Source of the DNA: Bradymonadia bacterium
GTDB lineage: Bacteria; Myxococcota_A; Bradymonadia; UBA7976; UBA1532
Reading direction: 5' to 3'
Assembly: GCA_046290225.1 (NCBI GenBank)
Contig: JBKAGE010000036.1
Coordinates: 1-64,000, forward strand
Length of the DNA stretch: 64,000 bases
This document shows positions 55,201 to 64,000 of this stretch, piece by piece; within the stretch, counting starts at the first letter, position 1, and every line of letters begins with the position of its first letter. A program made the translations under genes and the position numbers. The notes below the pieces were generated by a model, which saw nothing but the letters and a program-made list of their open reading frames with translations, made no database searches and was not told the origin of the DNA.

Positions 55201-57954
55201 ATGAGTGACTTCGACGACGAAATCATCAGTGAGTTTCTGGTCGAGGGGCGAGAGAGCCTGGACCAGCTCGATCGAGATCTCGTTCAGTTGGAAGAAGATT
55301 CTGCAGATCGAGGCACCCTCGATCGCATCTTTCGCCATATCCACACACTGAAGGGCACCTGCGGCTTCATGGGGTTCAGCAACCTCGAGGCCCTCGCTCA
55401 CGTAGGTGAGAACCTCTTGAGCAAGTTGCGAGATGGTGAATTCGATGTCACCCCAGACATCATCACCGCCCTGCTCAAAACCGTCGACGCCATCCGCGAG
55501 ATGATGGACACGATCGACGAGACAGGGAGTGACGGGACCAACGAGTACGCAGATCTCAAGGCGGAGCTCACCCGACTGCTCGCAGGCCCTGGCGCCGCTG
55601 CAGCCGCTGAACCCGTGGCCGAGGCGGCCCCTGAGCCTGCCCCTGAGCCCGAGCCTGTGGTCGAGGCGGCCCCTGAGCCTGCCCCGGAGCCCGAGCCCGT
55701 GGTCGAGGTTGCCCCCGAGCCTGAGCCCGCCCCTACGCCGGCGAGCTCCGGTGGGGTCGACAGCATCAAGGCCGCCTTGCTCGCCGAGTTGGGCCTCGAT
55801 GACTCGGAGATCAGCGCCGTGCTTTCGGGTGAGGACGTCACCGAGACCGCCTCTGCGGCTCCGGCACCTGCTCCGGAGCCCGAGCCAGCACCCGAGCCTG
55901 CCCCGGCACCTCAGGTGAACGTCAACGATCTCAGTGGCGATCCTTCTGCCCTCGCCGACGCGATCCTCGCTGGCACCCTGGGTCACGTAGGTGGTGCCAT
56001 GGAGCTCGACGCCAAGCCGGACGAGCCAATCGACGTCAACGCCGCGGTCTCCGCCCTGCTCAGCGAAACCATGCAGCAGATCCCGGGCACCGAAGAGAAA
56101 AAGAAGAACGTCACCGCCAAGGCCCAGGACGACGCTGAGCAGGTCATGGCTGCCCCGCCTCCCAAGAAGGAGAAGAAGGGCAAGCCTGCAGAGAGTGGCC
56201 AGCGCAAGGCCCGCGCCCACGAGAACATCCGCGTCGACGTGACACTGCTCGACACGCTGATGAACCTCGTCGGGGAGCTGGTGCTCATCCGCAACCAGAT
56301 CGTGCAGTGCACGCAGAGCAAGGAAGACACCGTGCTCACGGCGGCCACGCAGCGTCTGAACCTCGTCACTTCCGACCTTCAGGAAGGGGTGATGAAGACG
56401 CGCATGCAGCCCATCGGCAATGTGTGGAGCAAGTTCCCCCGCGTGGTCCGCGATCTCGCCATCACCTGTGGCAAGCGGGTGCGCGTCGAGATGGTGGGCA
56501 AAGAGACCGAGCTCGACAAGTCTCTCATCGAAGCCATCAAGGACCCCCTCACCCACTTGGTCCGCAACTCTGTGGATCATGGCATCGAATACCCCGGTGT
56601 CCGTGAGGAGAAGGGCAAGAACGGTGAGGGCCTGCTGCAGCTGCGTGCCTACCACGAGGGCGGCAAGGTCAACATCGAGATCAGGGACGACGGCGGGGGC
56701 ATCCCACCGGCGAGGATCAAGCAGAAGGCCATCGAGAAGGGCTTGATCACCGAGGAGCAGGGCGAAGGGATGACCGATCACGAGATCGTGAACCTCATCT
56801 TCACCCCGGGCTTCTCCACCGCCGAGAAGATCACCAACGTCTCTGGCCGAGGTGTGGGCATGGACGTGGTGCGCTCGAACATCGAGCGCATCGGTGGCGC
56901 CATCGAGGTGCAGAGCACCGAGGGTCAAGGCACCACCTTCCGCATCAAGATCCCGCTCACCCTGGCCATCGTGCCTGCCCTCATCGTGGGCAGCGGCAAT
57001 GGCCGGTATGCCATCCCTCAGGTGGCACTGCAGGAGCTCGTGCGACTCGACGCCGACGAGGCGAAGAAGTCGGTGGAGTTCATCCAGGGCACCCCGGTGT
57101 ACCGCCTGCGCGGTCGCTTGCTGCCGCTGGTGTTCCTCAGCGACACGCTGGGTCACGCTCGGCAAGAGGATGTGCTCAACGGCAGGGGCCGGTCGATGCG
57201 CATCGCCGTGCTGCAAGCCGACGATCGACAGTTCGGCATGGTGGTCGACTCGATTCAGGACACGCAGGACATCGTGGTCAAGCCACTGTCGAAGCACCTG
57301 AAGGCCATGTCCATCTACGCCGGCGCCACCATCATGGGTGACGGCCAGGTGGCCTTGATCCTCGACGTGCTCGGCATCGCCCAGCGAGGCAACGTGCTCA
57401 AGGCGCTGCGCTCCCGCGCTGCGGAGGATCAGGTGGAGGACAACATGAACGACGCTGGCGAGCGCACCAAGCTTTTGCTGGTGCGGTCCCCCGACGACGG
57501 GCGCCAGGCGGTGCCTCTGGCCATGGTGGCCCGCCTCGAAGAGGTGGAGGCCGACAAGGTGGAGCACGTGGGCAGCCAGCGTGTGGTCCAGTACCGCGGC
57601 GAGATTCTGCCTCTGGTCTTTGTGTCCGACGTGTTGCCCGAGCGCCGCTCGATGTACCGCAGCGAAGACGATTCAGCGGCTCAGCGGCTGCTCAACGTGG
57701 TGGTCTACACCGAGAACGGTCGCAGCATCGGCCTCGTGGTGGACCAGATCCTCGATGTGGTGGAGACCCGCCTCGACGAGCTTCAGCCCGGCTCCCGCCA
57801 TGGGGTCACCGGCTGCCTCGTGGTCCGCGACAAGGTGACCGAGCTCCTCGACGTCCGGGCCATCATCCGCGCAGCGGAGCCCTCCTTCTTCGACGCCGTA
57901 CAGCAGCCCACTCACAGCACCTACCGCGAGAGCGGTATGGCCATGGAGATGTGA
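55201..57954 (+). CDS. cheA: Chemotaxis histidine kinase with two CheW-like domains
   Basis: Hpt FRHIHTLKG, LMNLVGELV, HLVRNSVDHGIE, DDGGGI, SGRGVGMDVV, two P5 domains. Confidence 0.96.
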   Translation: MSDFDDEIISEFLVEGRESLDQLDRDLVQLEEDSADRGTLDRIFRHIHTLKGTCGFMGFSNLEALAHVGENLLSKLRDGEFDVTPDIITALLKTVDAIREMMDTIDETGSDGTNEYADLKAELTRLLAGPGAAAAAEPVAEAAPEPAPEPEPVVEAAPEPAPEPEPVVEVAPEPEPAPTPASSGGVDSIKAALLAELGLDDSEISAVLSGEDVTETASAAPAPAPEPEPAPEPAPAPQVNVNDLSGDPSALADAILAGTLGHVGGAMELDAKPDEPIDVNAAVSALLSETMQQIPGTEEKKKNVTAKAQDDAEQVMAAPPPKKEKKGKPAESGQRKARAHENIRVDVTLLDTLMNLVGELVLIRNQIVQCTQSKEDTVLTAATQRLNLVTSDLQEGVMKTRMQPIGNVWSKFPRVVRDLAITCGKRVRVEMVGKETELDKSLIEAIKDPLTHLVRNSVDHGIEYPGVREEKGKNGEGLLQLRAYHEGGKVNIEIRDDGGGIPPARIKQKAIEKGLITEEQGEGMTDHEIVNLIFTPGFSTAEKITNVSGRGVGMDVVRSNIERIGGAIEVQSTEGQGTTFRIKIPLTLAIVPALIVGSGNGRYAIPQVALQELVRLDADEAKKSVEFIQGTPVYRLRGRLLPLVFLSDTLGHARQEDVLNGRGRSMRIAVLQADDRQFGMVVDSIQDTQDIVVKPLSKHLKAMSIYAGATIMGDGQVALILDVLGIAQRGNVLKALRSRAAEDQVEDNMNDAGERTKLLLVRSPDDGRQAVPLAMVARLEEVEADKVEHVGSQRVVQYRGEILPLVFVSDVLPERRSMYRSEDDSAAQRLLNVVVYTENGRSIGLVVDQILDVVETRLDELQPGSRHGVTGCLVVRDKVTELLDVRAIIRAAEPSFFDAVQQPTHSTYRESGMAMEM
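55612..55728 (+). repeat. 42-bp tandem repeat (about 2.8 copies) in the CheA linker
   Basis: Encodes PV(A/V)EAAPEPAPEPE units. Confidence 0.8.
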
Positions 57955-57957
57955 TCA

Positions 57958-58389
57958 ATGAGTGACGCAGCAGGTGGACAGTTCTGCACCTTCTTTCTCG
58001 ACAACCACTTCTTCGGGGTGGAGGTCAACCACGTCCAGGAGGTCTTGCGGTACCAGGAGATGACTCCGGTGCCCCAGGCCCCCGACACCATCCGCGGACT
58101 CATCAACCTCCGCGGGCAGATCGTCACCGCCATCGACCTGCGGCGACGGCTGGCCTTCGAGCCTCTCCCCGAAGAGGCCAAGCCCATGAACGTCGTCGTG
58201 GGCACGGATGATGGCACCGTGAGCTTCCTCGTCGACCGCATCGGCGACGTGCTCACCGTCGACGAGGGGCAATATGAGGCCCCGCCGGAGACCCTGGAAG
58301 GCCCCGTTGCCAACATGGTCACCGGCACCTACAAGCTCGAAGACCGGCTCCTGCTCGTCCTCGACACCTTGCAGGCCACCGCAGTCTGA
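57958..58389 (+). CDS. cheW: Chemotaxis coupling protein
   Basis: VQEVL, TPVPQAP, GLINLRGQIVTAIDLR, LVDRIGDV. Confidence 0.95.
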   Translation: MSDAAGGQFCTFFLDNHFFGVEVNHVQEVLRYQEMTPVPQAPDTIRGLINLRGQIVTAIDLRRRLAFEPLPEEAKPMNVVVGTDDGTVSFLVDRIGDVLTVDEGQYEAPPETLEGPVANMVTGTYKLEDRLLLVLDTLQATAV

Positions 58390-58429
58390 CACTGCGGGGC
58401 CCCCCTCACGCCTGCCCCGAGGTCGCATC

Positions 58430-59767
58430 ATGAGCCAGAAACCCATCCGCGTGGTGGTCTGCGACGACTCCTCCACAGTCCGACGCATCATTCGTCGGTG
58501 CCTCAAAGATCTCGATGACATCGAAGTGGTCGGCGAAGCCAAAGATGGCATCGAAGTCTTGCCTTTGATCCGCGAGCTCGAGCCCGATCTGCTCACCCTG
58601 GACATCGAGATGCCCCAACAAGACGGCCTCTCGACCCTGGCGCAGCTCAAACGGGAAGGCGTGAGGCTGCCGGTCATCATGATCAGCACCCTCACTCACC
58701 GTGGTGCGGCCATCACTCTGGAGGCCCTCTCTCGAGGGGCGAGCGAGTACATCGCCAAGCCCTCGAACGTAGGCTCTCTCAATGAGGCCCTCGATCTCGT
58801 ACGGGCCCAGCTCGTGCCCAAAATCAGAGGCCTCACCGAACATCTCCGGCGGCCTCCGCGGCCCGCGACGCCTTTACCAAAGGCGCCTTCGGCCCCGACA
58901 CCTTTGATGACGAAGCCCACACCGGCACCCAGGCCATCGCGGCCTTCGTCGGCGCCTTCCAGGTCTGCAGAGCCTGCGCTCTTGAACCTCGCGGCAAAAC
59001 GCAAGCGCTCGCTTCTGGCGACGCCGGCGCCGCTGAAGAGCAGCCGTACACTGACCCCCGCGAAGCCAAAGCCTGTTCGAGCAACGCCTGCGCCATCGCT
59101 CAAACGGGCACCGAGGCCAGCCCTGCGGGTCGGGCAACATCGCATTGTGGTCATCGCGGTCTCTACAGGTGGGCCCAACGCCATCACCCAACTTCTGTCA
59201 GCGCTCCCTGGGAGCTTCCCAGTGCCCATCCTCGTGGTGCAGCACATGCCCGCCCCCTTCACTCAGCTGCTCGCTGAGCGGCTCGACGAGCGGTGCGCCC
59301 TCACGGTCCGTGAGGGATACGCAGGTGGTCTCGTAGAGCCCGGTACGGTGTGGATCGCCCCCGGTGGTTTCCACATGGTGCCCCAGAAAACTGAGTCGGG
59401 GGTCATGTTGGCAATTAATCAAGACCCACCCGAGAACTCTTGTCGCCCAGCTGCCGATCCAATGTTCAGAGCGGCGACAGAGATCTACGGCTCTCAGGTC
59501 CTCGGTGTGGTGATGACTGGCATGGGTCAAGACGGCCTGGTCGGTAGCCAGCACATCAAGGCAACTGGTGGTGAGGTCATTGTCCAGGACGAGAGCTCCA
59601 GCGTGGTCTGGGGCATGCCTGGCGCAGTGGTCGGTGCCAACCTCGCCGATGGGATCTTCTCTCTCGACCAATTGGCCCGAGAGATGAGCACCCGAGTCAG
59701 TCAACAGAAGGGGCGTGGGGCCAGTCAGGGTCGGACGTCCATTGCAGAAGCCGCGGGACAGAGCTGA
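58430..59767 (+). CDS. cheB: Chemotaxis methylesterase with long linker
   Basis: REC LDIEMP; STGGP, QHMP, RPAAD, MTGMGQDG, VVWGMP. Confidence 0.95.
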   Translation: MSQKPIRVVVCDDSSTVRRIIRRCLKDLDDIEVVGEAKDGIEVLPLIRELEPDLLTLDIEMPQQDGLSTLAQLKREGVRLPVIMISTLTHRGAAITLEALSRGASEYIAKPSNVGSLNEALDLVRAQLVPKIRGLTEHLRRPPRPATPLPKAPSAPTPLMTKPTPAPRPSRPSSAPSRSAEPALLNLAAKRKRSLLATPAPLKSSRTLTPAKPKPVRATPAPSLKRAPRPALRVGQHRIVVIAVSTGGPNAITQLLSALPGSFPVPILVVQHMPAPFTQLLAERLDERCALTVREGYAGGLVEPGTVWIAPGGFHMVPQKTESGVMLAINQDPPENSCRPAADPMFRAATEIYGSQVLGVVMTGMGQDGLVGSQHIKATGGEVIVQDESSSVVWGMPGAVVGANLADGIFSLDQLAREMSTRVSQQKGRGASQGRTSIAEAAGQS

Positions 59768-59859
59768 CACACGTCAGGCCCAAGGCATCACCAACCCGAT
59801 GACCACGGTCATCTCACAGCAGGTCTGTCTTCAAGCAGACCCTGGGGAGTGCATCGAAG

Positions 59860-60330
59860 ATGGACGCTGAAGTCATCAACCCGTTCATCAACGCCACCCG
59901 TAATGTGGTGGCGACCATGGCAGGGATCTCCCCGAAGCCGGAAAAGCCCCGGCTCAAGAGAGATCACGCCTCGACCATGGATTTTACCGGTGTGGTGGGG
60001 CTGGCCGGAGATGGAGCCAAGGGCTCTTTCGCGGTCAGCTTCAGCCAGAGCTGTATCGAGCGCATCGTGCGCAACATGCTCGGCGACGAGATCGAAGACA
60101 TGGAGCAAGACGTCCGCGATGCCGTGGGCGAGCTGGCCAACATGATCTCCGGTGGCGCCCGAGCAGAGCTGGAGCAGAAAGGCTACAGCTTCGATATGGC
60201 GGTGCCCACCCTCATCGCAGGCAGAGGACACCGCATCTTTCAGCTCACTGAGATGCCGGTACTGGTCGTCCCCTTCAATACAGAGGATGGCCCGTTCACC
60301 GTCGAAGTCTGCCTCAAGAGCGGACGCTGA
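59860..60330 (+). CDS. cheX: CheY-P phosphatase CheX
   Basis: INPFINA, TGVVGLAG, DAVGELANMISG (ExxN). Confidence 0.92.
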   Translation: MDAEVINPFINATRNVVATMAGISPKPEKPRLKRDHASTMDFTGVVGLAGDGAKGSFAVSFSQSCIERIVRNMLGDEIEDMEQDVRDAVGELANMISGGARAELEQKGYSFDMAVPTLIAGRGHRIFQLTEMPVLVVPFNTEDGPFTVEVCLKSGR

Positions 60331-60412
60331 GAGCCACTGAGTCAATAGATCTCACACAACACCAACTGGGAAGACTGACAGACAGCGAATCTGTCAGATG
60401 GAGAACGACAGC

Positions 60413-60805
60413 ATGAACATCGACAAGAACATGCGGATCCTGGTGGTCGACGATTACTCCACCATGCGTCGGATCGTCAGGGGCATTCTGCGCCGCCTCG
60501 GCTTCAACAACATTGAAGAAGCCGAAGAGGGCAAGAGTGGCCTCAAGAAGCTGCAGGAAGAAGAGTTCGAACTCATCATCTGTGACTGGAACATGCCGGT
60601 CATGACGGGTCTCGAGCTGCTCAAGACTGTGCGAGCTGACGACAAGCTCAAGCACATCCCCTTCTTGATGGTCACCGCCGAGGCCAAGAAGGAGAACATC
60701 ATCGACGCCATTCAGGCGGGGGTGAGCAACTATGTGGTGAAGCCCTTCACCGAAGATGTGCTCGCGCAGAAGCTCGAGGCCATCTTCAAGGCTCAGGCGG
60801 CCTGA
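60413..60805 (+). CDS. cheY: Chemotaxis response regulator
   Basis: [40 protein letters not shown] favours this ATG over 60398. Confidence 0.93.
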   Translation: MNIDKNMRILVVDDYSTMRRIVRGILRRLGFNNIEEAEEGKSGLKKLQEEEFELIICDWNMPVMTGLELLKTVRADDKLKHIPFLMVTAEAKKENIIDAIQAGVSNYVVKPFTEDVLAQKLEAIFKAQAA

Positions 60806-60832
60806 TCGGTCGGGGGTACATCTGGCAGGGGC

Positions 60833-63238
60833 TCACCGCACCTGCCGAATGTTGGACTTCTCCTGAACGAAGACCTTGAACCCTCCAAATGCAGGCAGGT
60901 ACTGCGCTGGAGGTAGAGGACGACGACCGCCGCTCACCTTGTGCAAGGTCACCCGTCGACGACCGGGCTCGTACTGAGCCCGGTATTTGACTTCGTCGAG
61001 CGTGATTTGCCGGGGAAAGCTGCGGTCGAGCTTATCTTGCACCCAGGGGTCGAGGGCCTCCGGGAGCACGTCCTCTACCGACATCAGCACCAAATCAGCC
61101 CCAGAGTCGAGGCCAATGGTGTCGATCTGGTGGCTGAGCCAGGCCTCCACCTCTCCACCCCACCGTGCGGTGTCGGGTGTATCTCCCCGTTCTACCCCGG
61201 CGTCGACGAGGGCGGCCCACAAGGCTGCGCTCTGTAGCCTCTCGGCACACAGTTCTGCTGCGCCCTTGAGCACACGGTTCTGCATGATCAAGCGGACCAC
61301 CGCCGCACGGGCGATGGCCCCCTCGGGGACCACTTCGCGACTGCGGAGCACCTTGCGTGCGTAGACCTGCTCCACCTGAGCCACCACCCGTACATCGTCA
61401 CCCCGGCCGCTGATGCTGGCGTCACCCAGTCGATCCCGCCCCAGGCCTGCTGCAGCCATCCAACTCAATGGCAACGGCATGGCGCAGGTGGCGATCACCT
61501 GTGCATCTCGGATACCGCCGATGGCCCGGGTCTCGAAGACAGCCACGGCATCGGGGCGGTGCTCGAGTCGATGGATGGCGCTCTCCCGGCCCACCTCGAT
61601 CTCGGTGCCGCCATTGCTCCACCCGATCTTGCGACCTCGATCTCGACCCACATGGGCGATGCGCGGATCTGCCGCCATGGCCAGGGCGGCGATGGCCCGT
61701 CGCTCGATGGGCGCCTCTGGCCCCGATCTGTGCGGACAATCGAAGACCTTCCGCAACCGATCGCTGAGGGTGCGCGCCTCTTGCCAGGCCTGGGGGTTGA
61801 TCCCGTGGGGGTTCACACCACGGCTGGGCCGTGGCGCACGCACCGCACGAATACAGGCAGTGACATCACACCCTGATGCTCGGAGATCGTCAGCGTCGTC
61901 CTCGAACTCACCTGAGCCCCTTCGTGGGAGAAAGAGCGATCGTGGCAGATCAAGGCAGCTGACCAGATCGATGACGTCCCCGAGGATCTCCGAGCCCTGG
62001 GCTTCGACGAGCAGTCGGGCGAGGGCCGGGTCGAGGGGCATCCCGAACATCTGACGGCCGCGCTCGGTGATCTCACCTTGGGTATCCAGGGCGCCGAGGG
62101 CGGTCAGATCCTCGATGGCGGAGTCGACCGCGTGGGGCTTGGGGCTGTCGAGGAATGTCAGACCGTCGAGCGGTGCGCCCGCGGAGGCTCGACATGCCGC
62201 AGCGGCGAGAACCAACGGCACCAGAGACTCGCGGTGCATCTCTGGTGGGGTCGAAGCATCGAGGCGATGCCCCTCGCCCCAGAGTCGAATGGCCACCCCG
62301 GGGGCAGTCCGCCCTGCTCGGCCTGCCCGCTGATCTGCGGAGTCCTGAGCCACCACGGCGAGGCTGAGTACACCACGGCCCCGCTGATAACGCGTACGGC
62401 GGACCAGGCCCGAGTCGATGACCACCCGAATGCCGGGCACCGTGATGGAGGTCTCTGCCACATTGGTGGACAGAATGACCTTGCGTCGATCTGCTGGCGC
62501 GAAAACCCGCGACTGTTCTGCGAGGGTCAGACTGCCGTGCAGAGGCATCACCTCAAGATCGGCTCGACCTCTGAGACTCCGGGCCACAGCGCCGATCTCC
62601 CCCTTCCCTGGCAGGAACACCAGTACGTCGCCGGGCACTCCATCGAGCTCTGAGAGCGCAGCCCCCACTCGACGCTCCAACGCCTGCGGATCAGGGCGAG
62701 CGCTGCGATCGGGCAAGTAGCGATGCTCCACGGGGAACAGACGACCACCGCTCTGCAACAACTGGCCCTCAACGTGGTGGGCCACCCGCTCTCCATCGAG
62801 GGTGGCGGACATGATCACTCGACGGGGCCCACGGCGGGTCAACGCGAGGATGAGGTCGATGTCGAGGCGGCGCTCGTGAAACTCGTCGATGACGAGGGTG
62901 TGCACATCGCTGAGAGGGCCACGGGCGAGACGCTGGAGCACGATGCCCGGCGTGGCGAAGAGCAATCGTGTCGACGGCCCAGCCTTGCGCTCGCCCCGGA
63001 CGGCATAGCCCACCCGCCCGCCGAGCTCACAGCCCTCGAGCTGAGCCACCCGCACTGCCAGAGAGCGGCAGGCCACTCGACGGGGCTGAATCACCAGGGT
63101 GTAGCCCGACTCGGCGCACCAGCGAGGGACCAGGGTGGACTTCCCCGAGCCTGTGGGTGAAGTCAACACCACAGGTCCGTCTACGATGGCCTCTTCGAAA
63201 GCCCCCCGGAGCCCCTCGACGGGCAACGCGCTCGTCAT
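60833..63238 (-). CDS. hrpB: DEAH-box RNA helicase HrpB-like
   Basis: PTGSGKST, DEFHER, MSAT, STNVAETSIT, QRAGRAGR. Confidence 0.88.
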   Translation of the reverse strand: MTSALPVEGLRGAFEEAIVDGPVVLTSPTGSGKSTLVPRWCAESGYTLVIQPRRVACRSLAVRVAQLEGCELGGRVGYAVRGERKAGPSTRLLFATPGIVLQRLARGPLSDVHTLVIDEFHERRLDIDLILALTRRGPRRVIMSATLDGERVAHHVEGQLLQSGGRLFPVEHRYLPDRSARPDPQALERRVGAALSELDGVPGDVLVFLPGKGEIGAVARSLRGRADLEVMPLHGSLTLAEQSRVFAPADRRKVILSTNVAETSITVPGIRVVIDSGLVRRTRYQRGRGVLSLAVVAQDSADQRAGRAGRTAPGVAIRLWGEGHRLDASTPPEMHRESLVPLVLAAAACRASAGAPLDGLTFLDSPKPHAVDSAIEDLTALGALDTQGEITERGRQMFGMPLDPALARLLVEAQGSEILGDVIDLVSCLDLPRSLFLPRRGSGEFEDDADDLRASGCDVTACIRAVRAPRPSRGVNPHGINPQAWQEARTLSDRLRKVFDCPHRSGPEAPIERRAIAALAMAADPRIAHVGRDRGRKIGWSNGGTEIEVGRESAIHRLEHRPDAVAVFETRAIGGIRDAQVIATCAMPLPLSWMAAAGLGRDRLGDASISGRGDDVRVVAQVEQVYARKVLRSREVVPEGAIARAAVVRLIMQNRVLKGAAELCAERLQSAALWAALVDAGVERGDTPDTARWGGEVEAWLSHQIDTIGLDSGADLVLMSVEDVLPEALDPWVQDKLDRSFPRQITLDEVKYRAQYEPGRRRVTLHKVSGGRRPLPPAQYLPAFGGFKVFVQEKSNIRQVR

Positions 63239-63260
63239 CTTCCCTCACCTGCCCCCATGA

Positions 63261-64000
63261 TCACCGAGAGCGCCGCCAGAGGCGACGGCGTCGGCGACCA
63301 GGGGTGCGCATGAGGTGGATGGCCACGAAGATCGACAGCCAGGGCAGCCAGCGGGCGAGGCGCGTCACGAGGGGGCTCCGACGGCGACGGCCGGAGACCG
63401 AAGCCACAGCGTCGCCATCGCAGCTCTCGCAATCTGCGCCGCCACCGCTGTCGCTGGCGCTGGATTCGTCGAGATCGTCACCGGCGCAGCCCGAAGTCTC
63501 AGGCTCGCTCTCTTCGTACCCTTCGCTGAGATCGTCGCCGCCACAGCCAGAGTCTTCTTCGGCGAACTCTTCAGAGTCGTCATCGGCCCACCATGTGGTG
63601 CAGCCATCCCAGACGCTGGCGTCGGCGGAGGCCCCGGGCACGTCGCCGCTGGCGTCCCGCACCGCGGGACGCATGTTGATGCGATCGACCTCCAGGCGAC
63701 GCCAGGTGCGATCCTCCCCTTCCACCTCGAGGTCGTAGCTGAGGGCCAGGTAGTTGTCGAAGGCCACGTCACCGCTGAGCCGAACGAAACCGCTCACCAC
63801 CCGGCTGGCCTTGAAGTGCAGGCTGCCGTCAGAGGTGTACTCGGTGTAGGCCACCTTCACCTCGCTGTCGGGCAGGGTGATGCCTCGGCCCTGAGCTCGG
63901 TCGAGGGGCATCCGCATCGACAGGACCCCGTCAGGGCCAGGCAACGCGAGGGTCTGCACGATGTGCCCTCTGCCTCCCGGGCCATCGCTCGCTTCGAAGC
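63261..64000 (-). CDS. Hypothetical protein, 5'-truncated, with C-terminal TM and Arg-rich tail
   Basis: Frame stays open to the window edge; acidic Cys mini-repeats, then WLPWLSIFVAIHLM and RRRRR. Confidence 0.7.
   Translation of the reverse strand, partial: FEASDGPGGRGHIVQTLALPGPDGVLSMRMPLDRAQGRGITLPDSEVKVAYTEYTSDGSLHFKASRVVSGFVRLSGDVAFDNYLALSYDLEVEGEDRTWRRLEVDRINMRPAVRDASGDVPGASADASVWDGCTTWWADDDSEEFAEEDSGCGGDDLSEGYEESEPETSGCAGDDLDESSASDSGGGADCESCDGDAVASVSGRRRRSPLVTRLARWLPWLSIFVAIHLMRTPGRRRRRLWRRSR

Noticed and set aside
59774..59802. Weak sigma28-like site before cheX (TCAG-N17-CCCGATGA)
   Set aside because: Mismatches in both boxes, and spacing differs from the other sites
1..64000. CRISPR array, transposase, integrase or prophage
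   Set aside because: No repeat-spacer pattern or mobile-element genes seen; the tandem repeats found have no unique spacers

Overview
GC-rich chromosomal core region. It looks like a Myxococcota-type deltaproteobacterium, inferred from MYXO-CTERM-like tails, an FHA/sigma54 activator, a membrane Ser/Thr kinase and Cys-rich lipoproteins. About 55 CDS: housekeeping genes (alaS, dtd, asd, truA, bamD, nadC, plsY, mdh, hrpB, a CarD/CdnL factor), envelope and surface proteins, an Rrf2-JAB-LarE sulfur module, a degenerate nucleotide cyclase, a LOG/methyltransferase pair, and a diguanylate cyclase followed by a cheA-W-B-X-Y cluster with no MCP or CheR. No transposase, prophage, tRNA, rRNA or CRISPR array was seen. 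The non-coding DNA is the most informative part. It holds a 6S RNA with its own promoter and terminator, sigma54 and sigma28-like promoters, and a compact H-type pseudoknot in the mdh leader. The top candidate is an unannotated 312-nt element (12234-12545). It is bounded by covarying quasi-inverted ends that can form a four-way junction, starts just after a sigma28-like promoter resembling those of the chemotaxis/c-di-GMP genes, and ends in a U-tract. It may be a motility-regulon structured ncRNA; a REP-doublet/MITE is the alternative. All folds were read by eye and no searches were run.
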